DNA of 64,000 nt from Candidatus Woesearchaeota archaeon (GTDB taxonomy: Archaea > Nanobdellota > Nanobdellia > Woesearchaeales > GW2011-AR4): NCBI GenBank assembly GCA_016177615.1, contig JACOUX010000006.1, positions 30,131 to 94,130 of the forward strand, read 5' to 3'. Below the pieces are notes generated by a model. That model worked only from the letters and a program-made list of their open reading frames with translations, was not told the DNA's origin and made no database searches. The position numbers were made by a program, and so were the translations under genes. Positions 18,071-27,769 of the stretch are shown piece after piece; positions within the stretch are counted from its first letter, which is position 1, and each line of letters starts with the position of its first letter.

Positions 18071-18484
18071 ATGGAAGACTACAAGTCTATGCTTGAGAGC
18101 GTAAGAAAAAACCTGCCTGAGGCTGTTTTCCTCAAGGAAAGGTTTGAGATACCAAAGGCAATGGGCCACCTCCAGGGCAACAGGACAATAATATCAAATT
18201 TTCTCCAGATTGCATCCGCTTTAAGGAGGGAGGTCAGCCATTTGCTGAAATACGTGCTCAAGGAGCTTGCGACCCCTGGCGAGATAAAGAAAAGCGGTGC
18301 GTTAATTCTTGGAACAAAAGTTCCCGCTTCAAGGATAAACGAAAAGGTAAGGCAGTATGCAAACGAGTTTGTCCTCTGCTTCGAGTGCGGCAAGCCAGAC
18401 ACGCAGCTGATAAAAGAAGGTGAATTGACTTACATGAAATGCACAGCGTGCGGCGCGAAGAATTTCGTCAAGGCGAAGATTTGA
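18071..18484 (+). CDS. eif2b: Translation initiation factor 2 beta subunit (aIF2-beta)
   Basis: MEDYKSMLESVRKNLPEAV...; C-terminal C4 zinc ribbon CFECGKPDTQL...MKCTACGA. The track ORF 17726..18484 is an upstream in-frame extension with no homology. Confidence 0.8.
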   Translation: MEDYKSMLESVRKNLPEAVFLKERFEIPKAMGHLQGNRTIISNFLQIASALRREVSHLLKYVLKELATPGEIKKSGALILGTKVPASRINEKVRQYANEFVLCFECGKPDTQLIKEGELTYMKCTACGAKNFVKAKI

Positions 18485-18556
18485 TTCTTGATAGAAAATC
18501 TCTAAATTTAAGATTAGCCATTTTGGTTTTGGAATTTCTTAATCAACTATTATTCT

Positions 18557-21500
18557 CTACCCAAACCATCTCCCTAACCCTTCCTGCTTTTCCTTGTCCC
18601 TTCCGAAGACTCCTTCCACTCTATCTTTAGTCAAAAGCAAAGTCTGCTTCAGGTAAGGGGGCAGGTTGTACTTGTCGGACAGGGAAATCGCAGGCTCGAG
18701 ATATTTTATTATTGCCCCCTCTGTAACTGTGAATATGAGCTTGCTTCCGCATTCCAGGCATTTCCCGGCCAAAGGGGGCCTCCTGTATTTTTCAGTGCAC
18801 TTGCTGCACCTGAACTGCTGTTGGGAGAATTTCCTTAAGTTTCCTCTTATGTCCCTCAGCAAATGCTTTTCAATGACCAGCCTTGCAACATCGGCTGCGT
18901 CAACCGCCCTTATCTTGTCTGCAAGGTCCATCTGCCCCTTTAGCTTGTCTTCCATTGAAGGGATTGTCTTGTATGAAGAGCACTTTACTCCCATGTTTAT
19001 GCTGCTGACGGGATGGGTGTAGTAAATTGCAGACGCCTCTTTTGAGCCTAGAATGTTTGCAATCCTTTGTATCTTGACATTGTGCGGCATCTCATAATTC
19101 AAAGCCGCTTCATAAAATTCCAAAGGGTATCTTTTGACAACATCCACATCGAATGCCATGTCATCAACTTCTGTCGGAACCAAAATGGATGTTAAAACTA
19201 ATGGCGCGTCCTGTGTCGCACCTCTTGTGTCTGGAAGAAACTGCTTTGAGAAATTTAGCAATACGTCCATTAGTAATGTTACTGAAGCTTCGTCGCCATC
19301 ACAATCGCGCCTAGTAGCAGCATGAAGCAGCGGATGGGCATAAAATGCCTGTGTTTTTGAAAACCCGATTATTCTTCCTATTATTCCAGCTGATGTGTGC
19401 GGAGCAAGCGCGACTACCAATTCTCCAATAAGGTCTTTTTCGGATTTAAGGTTGTAGAATTTGCCAAGCTTGTACAAAGACCCCAGCAGCTCATCTATAA
19501 ACAGGCTGACTTCGTAAAGAACCTTGTCTGCGCCTTTCTCAGGAGCATCCTCGCATTTGGGTAGTATTATATCCTGAGGCATCAACTCAATGATTTGTTC
19601 CTCATCCTCCAATTGGTTGGAGTTTATATCCTCAGTATACCCAAGCTGCCTGAGTTTCTCTATAGAGGTCCCTATCTCTCTTGGCTTGAAATGTGTTATC
19701 GGCAGTTGCGTCATATCATACCTTGTTGTGCCGTCTTTATTGACTGGTATGCCATATTTTGCCCTCAGTATACCTTTAGCCAAATGCTCGGGAATATGGT
19801 TTTTATTTGATGTCCCTCTAACCCCTTTTACCAGATCTGGATAATGGCTCATGCCTAAGTTAGCCAATATTCTGTTGAAGTAGTGGTTAATGTCAATTTT
19901 TTGCAGTTTATAGGTTGTTGTTTTTCCGTGAATGCATTTTTCATTTCTTATCGTGCCGCAAACCTTGCACAGGTGCATCTGTACGGACTTGGAATTGCAT
20001 TTCTCGCAGACAGGCATGATTGTTGGCTCCTTGCAGCTTTCGCAGAAATAAATCGGAAATTCTGCTGTTACGCCCCCAATTCCGAGGGCGCTTTGAAAAG
20101 ACCTTAGCTTGCCCCCTTCTTTGCCTACTGGAAAGAGCATATGAGGATCACCTTCCATTTTCCTGACTTTTCCTTTTTCGGGCCTGCCCATTCTTGCACC
20201 TATGAATGTGCCTGATTTGTCTCTTATCTTAATCTCAGATGACATATTTATAATTTCAATTGTGTTTTCGTTTATAACGCTTGCATATTTTTCATAAAAT
20301 TCTTCATTATCCAGGCTTAGAAGGGCATAGAATACCTCTGCTTCATTTTTCTCCAAAATAGTGAATTCATTATTCACATAGATATGCGGTGCACCTATAG
20401 ATTCCAGTACTTTCTTGGCTTTCTCGTTTTTTGGAAGAATTATTTTGCTTAGCTTGCTGTTTTCAAACTCCATCTTTGCATGCTTAAACCATGACAAAAT
20501 CTCAAGCAGCGATTCTCTTGAAATAATTTTCCAGTGGTAGGTATGAAATGGGTGGAGGGGGACACTTAAAATTCTGCTTAACGCTGCCGACTCGTATCCG
20601 TTGGGCTTTGAAATAAAATAATCCTGAATGAACGACTTTAGGTTTTCAACTGGAATTCCGCTCAGTTCAGATAATTTGCCAAAGTCATTGTTGAATAACT
20701 CCTTTATCGCCTGCTCTGCTTCAAGCGCCCACCATTCCTCACAATAGCCTGCAGGCACCAACTGATGCGCCCTGTTAAAAAAATCACCGTAATTTATCAA
20801 TATATCTCCCAAAAATATTATTTCGCTGATTTGGCTGGCTGACTGCTTTGCGATTTGTTCGCTGTGCACATATATAACACTCCCATCATTTAATTTGACT
20901 ATTGGACCCTCTAAGCAATCACATACTGTTATCGCTGTTGCTTTCCCGGGCCTTTCCACTTTCAGCTGGGTGCCTATCCCAAGGTATTTGTTTAGCACAT
21001 ACATAGTCGCAGGATGTATTGATGTAGCAGAATATCCTGACGTTCTGCATCTGCCGTACCTTAATCTGAACCCTCCAGTTGCAGAAGGGTGCCCCAAAAC
21101 CGGGCGTCCTGCAACCAGATCCTGAATGTATGTGTAAATCGGGGTTATTCCTTTCTTTGATGCCTTTTCTTTCGCTTTTATTTCCTTTTGCAGATGCACA
21201 AATTCCTGCAGAAAAGACCAGTGGCCAAGCTCAAACTCGTCTCCCCATTTTTTAAGCTGCGACCATACTTTGGGTGCCTTTTGCGCAATGCACTCCCCCA
21301 AAACAAGCGCGGGCCCGCTTCTTATCCTATTTGTAGCAATCCTATCTAGGTCTTTGTAGTTAGATACCTCAATTTCTTCTGAAGGGTCTCCATCTATTTG
21401 GACAGGGAGGTTGCTTACCAAAAAGGATATTTCTTTTTCGCTTGGCAGGTATTGAAGGTTTGTAACCCTTTCGTGATAATCATACAGTTCTGTTACCATC

Positions 21501-22060
21501 CTCCTGATTTCCTGCTCTGACGGGTCATAAGCTTCAAACCCCATTTTTTTCCTGATATAGTCCGCTATAACTGCGCTGACTGCCCCAGCTGTCCCGCCAG
21601 CGCTTCGTATTGGGCCGGAGTACATCAGCGAGAAATAATCTTTGCCGTCCCTGCGCTTGTTGATTTTTAGTTCCACAAACCCCTCAAGCGGCGATGCCAC
21701 AACACCCAATGTCAAATATGCGAGACCAATCCTTATGCCAGTCTCCATAGCAATCTTCTGTGAATCGAATTTGCAGAATCTTTCCTGAGACACTTCCAGC
21801 GAAATTGAAAGTGCAACCCTCCAGTCCGATTTTCCGTAAATGGCTTCCAATTCTTTGATTCTTTCCGGAATCCCACTATTCATGAGTTGGGGCACAACAA
21901 CACTTACAATACCTTCCACTCTTTCTGCCATATTTTTTGCGAGAGGTGCGCATACTATCGGTTCAGGATCATACCCTTTGGACCTTGCTTCAGAGGCTAT
22001 GGCGTAGCATTTCTCAATTTCTTCCGCCATCTTCTTGCTGGATTTTTCGTTGGTAATCAT
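18557..22060 (-). CDS. polC: DNA polymerase II (PolD) large subunit DP2
   Basis: 1167 aa; DP2-typical Cys clusters (CESCKEPTIMPVCEKCNSK...CKVCG; C-terminal CSKCTEKYRRPPLAGKCLECGS); global similarity to archaeal DP2. Confidence 0.9.
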   Translation of the reverse strand: MITNEKSSKKMAEEIEKCYAIASEARSKGYDPEPIVCAPLAKNMAERVEGIVSVVVPQLMNSGIPERIKELEAIYGKSDWRVALSISLEVSQERFCKFDSQKIAMETGIRIGLAYLTLGVVASPLEGFVELKINKRRDGKDYFSLMYSGPIRSAGGTAGAVSAVIADYIRKKMGFEAYDPSEQEIRRMVTELYDYHERVTNLQYLPSEKEISFLVSNLPVQIDGDPSEEIEVSNYKDLDRIATNRIRSGPALVLGECIAQKAPKVWSQLKKWGDEFELGHWSFLQEFVHLQKEIKAKEKASKKGITPIYTYIQDLVAGRPVLGHPSATGGFRLRYGRCRTSGYSATSIHPATMYVLNKYLGIGTQLKVERPGKATAITVCDCLEGPIVKLNDGSVIYVHSEQIAKQSASQISEIIFLGDILINYGDFFNRAHQLVPAGYCEEWWALEAEQAIKELFNNDFGKLSELSGIPVENLKSFIQDYFISKPNGYESAALSRILSVPLHPFHTYHWKIISRESLLEILSWFKHAKMEFENSKLSKIILPKNEKAKKVLESIGAPHIYVNNEFTILEKNEAEVFYALLSLDNEEFYEKYASVINENTIEIINMSSEIKIRDKSGTFIGARMGRPEKGKVRKMEGDPHMLFPVGKEGGKLRSFQSALGIGGVTAEFPIYFCESCKEPTIMPVCEKCNSKSVQMHLCKVCGTIRNEKCIHGKTTTYKLQKIDINHYFNRILANLGMSHYPDLVKGVRGTSNKNHIPEHLAKGILRAKYGIPVNKDGTTRYDMTQLPITHFKPREIGTSIEKLRQLGYTEDINSNQLEDEEQIIELMPQDIILPKCEDAPEKGADKVLYEVSLFIDELLGSLYKLGKFYNLKSEKDLIGELVVALAPHTSAGIIGRIIGFSKTQAFYAHPLLHAATRRDCDGDEASVTLLMDVLLNFSKQFLPDTRGATQDAPLVLTSILVPTEVDDMAFDVDVVKRYPLEFYEAALNYEMPHNVKIQRIANILGSKEASAIYYTHPVSSINMGVKCSSYKTIPSMEDKLKGQMDLADKIRAVDAADVARLVIEKHLLRDIRGNLRKFSQQQFRCSKCTEKYRRPPLAGKCLECGSKLIFTVTEGAIIKYLEPAISLSDKYNLPPYLKQTLLLTKDRVEGVFGRDKEKQEGLGRWFG

Positions 22061-22066
22061 TCTGGT

Positions 22067-23551
22067 TTATTGCCCAAACTTAAGGATTTTTATGTCTCTT
22101 GTGCCAAGGTTCACTATTGGAACTCTGCTCGGCTCTGGATTGTGGCCAACCTTTTCCTGAAAAGTAGTTTTTCCTTGCCAACAGCTGCCGCAGATTAGTG
22201 TAGTGTTCCTGTAATTGGAAGTTGATGATTTGTGTATATGGCCGCTGAGAAAAAAGTCAGGGACTTTCTCTATCACTAAATTGTCTTTTTTTGTGTCTGG
22301 GATGTATAAAGATGATAAGTGAGAAGGGGCCAAATGCCTTCTTTTTAGAAGGAACTTCATGATGAGGTCAGGCCTGTTATAACCACCTAGACTTCTCAAT
22401 GAGTCTACATTTGCCACAAAATAATCAAAAGAATAGCCATGATACATCAATACATCAAAGCCCGAAAAGTTACTTGTTGAGTTTATGTTTATCATTGAGG
22501 GGTTTGATACCATTATAACATTGCTCATTTCGTGCAGTGGCTTTGCAAAGTCTTTGGATAATTGTGGCTGCGGCTCTGCTATTCTCAGAGCATCATGGTT
22601 TCCAGGGCAGATAATCAATGGTATTTGGTGGGGGATCTGCCTTAAAAGACCTGCGCATTCTTCGTATTGCTCATAAATGTCTTTTGTAATGAGCTCTTTC
22701 TCTTGACCGGGGTACACCCCGCACCCATCAACTAAGTCTCCTGCAATAAAGATGTATTGGATTTTATTCGATATGCTTCTTTGCTGTTCGTTTCCCATCT
22801 TCCCGTTTATCCATTTCAAAAACCTTTCAAAATCTTCAGGCAAAAATTTTGAAGATCCAACGTGCAAGTCTGAGAGGAATATAGCATAAGATTCCTCCTC
22901 GTGCTTCTTGAGCTCCTTGCTCGCTGGTATGTCTGGCCACAGTATGTTATTGGCAAAAATAAAATTCTCTATGTTTACACCAACCACTCCTACAACCTCG
23001 TCCAGCACAATGTCTTTGGCCTCGTTGAAAAGCGCCGGCTTGTTTTTGTTTACTAGGACCTTTCTTTGACCTGTTGGGTCTTCCAAAAGCAAGAGGAGAT
23101 TTCCATTTTTTGTTGTTTGCTTGTAGCTGACCATTCCAATCACAGAAAGGGGCTCTTTTTCCCTTTTGTTTGGAATTTTCCCTATTGAAACCGTATTTTG
23201 CATCTCTTGCCTTTGCTTCAATATTTTTTCGATCGCTTTGTACCTGTTGTTGAAGTGGTCCACAAAATCCTGGATGTCCCTTTTCTTTGGCTCTTCTTTG
23301 TAAGAATAAACAATTTTTATTTCCCCTTGCTTTGGGGCTTCTGCCATTTCTGGCGATTTTGTGCATGTTAATTCTGTTAAACTGAAGTCCGCTACCGGAT
23401 CGTTAAGCTGTTTCGTCCTGATAACCTCAAAAATTCTGGATATCTTGTCATAGTCATTAATTCCCCTCAAAAAGTCAGGGCTTATGAGAATTCCTTTCTT
23501 TAAGCACGCTTCTATTACTTCCCGCTTTTTGTCTATAAGTTCCTGCTGCAT
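22067..23551 (-). CDS. polB: DNA polymerase II (PolD) small subunit DP1 (calcineurin-like phosphoesterase)
   Basis: Phosphoesterase motifs (IFLSDLHVGS, FIAGDLVDG, GNHD, GHIH). Start trimmed to the Met that avoids overlap with cdc6 (track ORF extends to 23647). Confidence 0.85.
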   Translation of the reverse strand: MQQELIDKKREVIEACLKKGILISPDFLRGINDYDKISRIFEVIRTKQLNDPVADFSLTELTCTKSPEMAEAPKQGEIKIVYSYKEEPKKRDIQDFVDHFNNRYKAIEKILKQRQEMQNTVSIGKIPNKREKEPLSVIGMVSYKQTTKNGNLLLLLEDPTGQRKVLVNKNKPALFNEAKDIVLDEVVGVVGVNIENFIFANNILWPDIPASKELKKHEEESYAIFLSDLHVGSSKFLPEDFERFLKWINGKMGNEQQRSISNKIQYIFIAGDLVDGCGVYPGQEKELITKDIYEQYEECAGLLRQIPHQIPLIICPGNHDALRIAEPQPQLSKDFAKPLHEMSNVIMVSNPSMININSTSNFSGFDVLMYHGYSFDYFVANVDSLRSLGGYNRPDLIMKFLLKRRHLAPSHLSSLYIPDTKKDNLVIEKVPDFFLSGHIHKSSTSNYRNTTLICGSCWQGKTTFQEKVGHNPEPSRVPIVNLGTRDIKILKFGQ

Positions 23552-23558
23552 GTCCCAA

Positions 23559-24764
23559 TTAAATATGAATGCTGTCTTCAAGAATGCTCTTGGTTTTTTG
23601 GAGTGTTGCTTCTGGGATTTCCAGGGATATCTCTCTTGTTCTGCCATACCTCCCTTTGGAAATCACTTTGGCATTTACTACCCCCATCATATCAAACTCG
23701 GATATAATATCTGAAACCCTTCTTTGTGTCAATGTGCTTATGTTTATCTTGCTGCACAGGGATTTGTAAACCCCATATACCTCCCCGGTGAACAGCGATT
23801 CCCTGCCGCGCTGCAAGGAGATTATGGAATAAAGCACAACCTGATATTGTTTTGGCTGAGTTGTTGCTATATCCATTATCCTGTCTCGATCTATCTTTTC
23901 CTCTGCTTCATCTATGTCTTCCAGAGTTATTGTTTTTGTGTTTTTCCTGTCTGCAACTTCCCCTGCAACCCTTAGAAGCTCCATGGCGCGCCTTGCATCC
24001 CCGTGGTCGCGAGCTGCGTAAGCCGCGCATTTCTCAATTACCCCCTGCCCCAAAACCCCTTTATTAAATGCGAATTCCGCTCTTTGCTTTAAAATGGATT
24101 GAATTTGGAGCGCGTTGTATGGAGGAAAAACAATTTCTTCTTCTGATAATGATGATCTGACCCTAGGATCGAGCCCATCAACAAACATTATGTCATTAGA
24201 TATCCCAATCAAAGAGATTTGTGATGTTGTGTCTTCTTCACTAATCCGTGTTAGGTTGTAAAGCGCATTGTCTCCCATCTTGTTAATGAGTTGGTCTATC
24301 TCATCGAGTATTATCACGTAGTTTTGATTTTGCTTATTTAATGCCTTAAAGAATGATCTGTAAACTTCTTCTGTAGGCAAACCTGTTGGGGGGATTTCCT
24401 TGCCGAGTTCCCTCGCAAGCTGCGCTATGAGCCTGTATTCTGTATCGGCGCTTCTCTTTAGCTTGCAATTGACATAAATTACCTTCAAAGGCAACTTCTC
24501 TTTTTCTGCTACGCTAGCCAGTTTTTGAGTGGTGTGTTTTACCGTAAGGGTTTTTCCTGTGCCTGTTTTGCCATAGACAAAGGTGTTTGAGGTTTTGTCC
24601 CCTTTTAAAGATGGTGCAAGGACATTGGCTACTTGTTTTATCTGGATTTCCCTATGTAAGACCGTTTCTGGAATATAGGATGCTTGAAGTGCCTTTTTAT
24701 CAGAAAAAACGCTCTTTTTCCTTAAAAAATCTTCAAAGAAGGTTTCTGTGTCCTTTTCTACCAT
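23559..24764 (-). CDS. cdc6: Orc1/Cdc6 replication initiator
   Basis: AAA+ Walker A GKTGTGKT, Walker B ILDEID, C-terminal wH; lies directly next to the ORB-containing AT-rich region. Confidence 0.9.
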   Translation of the reverse strand: MVEKDTETFFEDFLRKKSVFSDKKALQASYIPETVLHREIQIKQVANVLAPSLKGDKTSNTFVYGKTGTGKTLTVKHTTQKLASVAEKEKLPLKVIYVNCKLKRSADTEYRLIAQLARELGKEIPPTGLPTEEVYRSFFKALNKQNQNYVIILDEIDQLINKMGDNALYNLTRISEEDTTSQISLIGISNDIMFVDGLDPRVRSSLSEEEIVFPPYNALQIQSILKQRAEFAFNKGVLGQGVIEKCAAYAARDHGDARRAMELLRVAGEVADRKNTKTITLEDIDEAEEKIDRDRIMDIATTQPKQYQVVLYSIISLQRGRESLFTGEVYGVYKSLCSKINISTLTQRRVSDIISEFDMMGVVNAKVISKGRYGRTREISLEIPEATLQKTKSILEDSIHI

Positions 24765-24969
24765 AAATTTCCATACGAAATATAGGTATTTAAGCCTTTT
24801 CTTTGCTCAAGACTCCCCTTTATTTCGTATGGAAGTTGTTTATTGATTGTGTGTCTGTTTAATTAATATTTTTCTATATAGAAAAAATAATAAATAATAT
24901 AAAAAAATATAAAAAATAAAATATATAAAAAAATATAAAATATTTTCCAAAGGAAATGAAGGGCATGGG
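24765..24969. other. Candidate chromosomal replication origin (oriC): AT-rich DUE (24835-24944) flanked by inverted ORB elements
   Basis: ORB2 on minus strand (24813-24834, TTCCATACGAAATAAAGGGGAG, carries G-string). ORB3 on plus strand (24945-24969, TTCCAAAGGAAATGAAGGGCATGGG). mini-ORB1 (24769-24781, TTCCATACGAAAT) 5 bp upstream of the cdc6 ATG. These match the archaeal ORB consensus TTCCAgtGGAAAtGAAa...GGGG. The intervening ~110 bp is >90% A+T with aatataaaaaa repeats. Confidence 0.65.
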
Positions 24970-25187
24970 AAAACGCAACGGCTTTGCCCGAAAACTCGCC
25001 AAAGACTCGGTTTTTACCATCGCTCAGCTTATTTTTCCCTTACTTGATTGCAATTTTCTCTCTGGAACTCCGAAAATTGCTGGTTTTTATTGTAAATCAG
25101 CTTCGCATTTTGATGGCAAAAACTACTTTTCGGGCAAAGCCAAAAGCAACAAAACCTATTTATATAGGCGCCCAGACACTAGCGAAC

Positions 25188-25829
25188 ATGTATGGCATAA
25201 TGCGCTGGCTCATGCCAAGGGATGAAAAATTCTTCGAGATGTTGTTAGAGCAGGCGGAAATTGCTTTGCAAGGCGCCAAAGAGCTTAAAGATTTTGTAGA
25301 GAACTACTCAAATCTTGACAGAAACTGGCGCAAGTCAAAGTCGCAGTTAATAAGGGAAATAGAGCATAAGGGAGACAAAACAACCCACAAGCTCATTGAA
25401 AAGCTCAACAAGAGCTTTATAACGCCCATCGACAAGGAAGATATACACCAGATGGCCGTGCTTCTTGATGATGTAATTGATTTAATCAATGCTGTTGTGT
25501 TAAGGTTTAGCCTCCTTGGCATAGAAAGAATAGATATTTGCATAACCGAGCTGGTGGAAATTATTTACAAGTCTGTAGCCGAGCTGAACAAAAGCATTTC
25601 TGACTTGAGAAAGATGAAAGACATGAAAGAGTATTACATAAAGATACACAGCCTTGAAAATGAGGCAGACGAAGTATATTACAAGGGCATCGATGAATTA
25701 TTTCATTTCTACAAGAACCCCATTGACATTATGAAATACAAGGAAATTTACGAGCTTCTTGAGTCGGTTACAGATAAATGTGAAGACATCACCAATGTCA
25801 TTGAAGGCATAGTGGTCAAACATGCTTGA
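25188..25829 (+). CDS. PhoU-like phosphate-uptake regulator (DUF47 family)
   Basis: Helical protein that overlaps pit by 8 nt in an operon; TATA-like tttatata at 25161-25168. The track ORF 24984.. is an unsupported 5' extension across the origin. Confidence 0.6.
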   Translation: MYGIMRWLMPRDEKFFEMLLEQAEIALQGAKELKDFVENYSNLDRNWRKSKSQLIREIEHKGDKTTHKLIEKLNKSFITPIDKEDIHQMAVLLDDVIDLINAVVLRFSLLGIERIDICITELVEIIYKSVAELNKSISDLRKMKDMKEYYIKIHSLENEADEVYYKGIDELFHFYKNPIDIMKYKEIYELLESVTDKCEDITNVIEGIVVKHA

Positions 25830-26820
25830 AATCCCCATAGTGGTATTTATAGGGATTTTGCTCGCATTGGTATTTGATTTTGGCAATGGGCTAAATGATG
25901 CTGCAAACGCTGTTTCTACGATAATTGCTACGCGCGGCCTTAGCCTGCGCCAGGCTGTTCTTATGTCAGCGATAGGCAATTTCATCGGCGCTTTTATATT
26001 TGGTGTTGCTGTTGCAACAACCATTGGAAAAGGGCTGGTAATTCCGGAAATTGTTAATCCCTATATAATCATCACGGGCCTTGCCGGAGCTATTTTCTGG
26101 GTTTATTTTACAACCTATTTTGGCTTGCCCATATCTGCAAGCCACTCTTTGATAGGTGGTTATGTTGGAAGCGCCGTTGCTGCAGCAGGATTGAAAGCAG
26201 TTATTTTTTCCGGCATCACAAAAGTGTTGCTGTTTATATTTGCCGCCCCTTTGCTTGGAATGATTGTGGCATTTTTGTTCCAGCTGCTTATTTTTCACAT
26301 TTTTAAGAAATCAGATCCTTCGCAAGTCAATAAATATTTCAGGAAGCTCCAGATAGTGTCAGCATCTATTTATAGCATAGGCCACGGCACAAATGATGCA
26401 CAAAAGACGATGGGAATAATTGCAATACTCCTTTTCAGCGCAGGCATTCTTGGAAAAGAGTTTTATGTCCCTTTCTGGGTTGCTATTATGTCTTACGCAG
26501 CAATAGCCCTTGGCACCATTGCAGGCGGCTGGAAAGTGATTAAGACAATGGGGATGAGAATAACAAAGCTGCAGCCTGTTAATGGATTTTGCGCAGAAAC
26601 AGCAGGCTCCAGCGTAGTGATTGGCTCCACAATCCTAGGAATACCAGTAAGCACCACCCACGTTATAAGCGGCTCCATCATTGGAGTTGGTGTTCTAAAA
26701 AGAGTATCTGCAGTAAGGTGGGGTATTGCAAGAAACATTATGTGGGCATGGATACTTACAATGCCTGTGTCTGGGCTGGTAGGAGGATTAAGCTATTTTG
26801 CTGTAAAGCTCTTTATCTAA
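25822..26820 (+). CDS. pit: Inorganic phosphate transporter, PiT family
   Basis: Signature GNGLNDAANA... and HGTNDAQKTMGII repeats; ~10 TM helices. Confidence 0.85.
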   Translation: MLEIPIVVFIGILLALVFDFGNGLNDAANAVSTIIATRGLSLRQAVLMSAIGNFIGAFIFGVAVATTIGKGLVIPEIVNPYIIITGLAGAIFWVYFTTYFGLPISASHSLIGGYVGSAVAAAGLKAVIFSGITKVLLFIFAAPLLGMIVAFLFQLLIFHIFKKSDPSQVNKYFRKLQIVSASIYSIGHGTNDAQKTMGIIAILLFSAGILGKEFYVPFWVAIMSYAAIALGTIAGGWKVIKTMGMRITKLQPVNGFCAETAGSSVVIGSTILGIPVSTTHVISGSIIGVGVLKRVSAVRWGIARNIMWAWILTMPVSGLVGGLSYFAVKLFI

Positions 26821-26881
26821 TCACCATTCCTTAATGCTAACAAAAGTTTTAATAAAAACAGCTTCGCATATCTCTTGGTGA

Positions 26882-27523
26882 ATGTTAGTGGGGTTTTTTA
26901 AGTTCTTGAAAAGAGGAAAAGAGAAGGCAGAAGAAGGTGGCTTGGATTTGCCGCCTATGCCACCCATGGACGAAGGTTTAAGCATGGACGCGCACGGAAT
27001 AGATTTTGATAAAGATCTGCCAGATCTTCCTGAATTGCAGGGTTTGGACAAAGATTTTGATAATGCCTCTGGCGTGTCCGAATTTGACATTCCAAAAATT
27101 GATGAATGGCCACAAGCAGCAGCAGAACAACCAGCTTCAGAACTTGATAGGGAAGCCACAAACCAAACACTTCCAGTCCCACAAACCCCGGAGCAGAACA
27201 TTGAACCCCAAAACATACAAAAGGATATTTCTGGTTTAATCCATTTATCTGAAGAACCAAAAAGCCAGATTTCTGTGCACGGAAGAAACTTTCCAAGGGC
27301 ACACGCCGGGAAAACCGTTTATGTAAGGGTTGACGACTTTAAAGCCGCGCTTGGAACCATAAACATGGTTAAAACCGACTTAAGGAAATGGGAAGGTGCA
27401 TTGGCTAAATTGGAAAACGTAAAAGCTGCGAAAGACTCATCATTCGAAAAGATTAGAACATCCATAGGAGATTTGCAGAAAAAGCTCATTTTCATAGACA
27501 AAACTTTATTCAAGGGTGATTGA
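26882..27523 (+). CDS. Hypothetical protein, paralog 1 of a tandem triplet (acidic Pro-rich N-terminus, conserved C-terminal ~70-aa domain)
   Basis: The C-terminal domain VYVRVDDFKAALGTINMVKTDLRKWEGALAKLENVK... aligns with the next two ORFs. Confidence 0.5.
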   Translation: MLVGFFKFLKRGKEKAEEGGLDLPPMPPMDEGLSMDAHGIDFDKDLPDLPELQGLDKDFDNASGVSEFDIPKIDEWPQAAAEQPASELDREATNQTLPVPQTPEQNIEPQNIQKDISGLIHLSEEPKSQISVHGRNFPRAHAGKTVYVRVDDFKAALGTINMVKTDLRKWEGALAKLENVKAAKDSSFEKIRTSIGDLQKKLIFIDKTLFKGD

Positions 27524-27526
27524 GAA

Positions 27527-27769
27527 ATGAAAGACCAAAGATCAGGTGCACCGGTTTTTGTAAAGGTAGATGAGTACAAAGAAATTCTGGACGTGCTGGA
27601 AATGGTAAAATCAAAAATAACAGAAATAAGGGAAACCCTCGGGAGCATAAATTCGCTGAGAAACGAGGAAGATGCGGAGCTGGCTATGTGGAACAACGCG
27701 ATCAGCGACATTGAAAAAAAAGTGGACCGCATTGACAAGCTGATGTTTGAGCCGGAGCACACATGGTGA
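27527..27769 (+). CDS. Hypothetical protein, paralog 2 (domain only)
   Basis: VFVKVDEYKEILDVLEMVKSKITEIRETLGSINSLRNEE... aligns residue-for-residue with paralog 1. Confidence 0.5.
   Translation: MKDQRSGAPVFVKVDEYKEILDVLEMVKSKITEIRETLGSINSLRNEEDAELAMWNNAISDIEKKVDRIDKLMFEPEHTW

Noticed and set aside
19134-21125. Several + strand ORFs inside polD large subunit
   Set aside because: Antisense artefacts within a well-supported 1167-aa DP2 gene.
24956-25225. ORF MKGMGKRNG… and the 5' part of track ORF 24984..25829
   Set aside because: They start inside the ORB3 / DUE origin region, are low-complexity, and PhoU/DUF47 homology only begins near Met at 25188 (with a TATA-like box at 25161).
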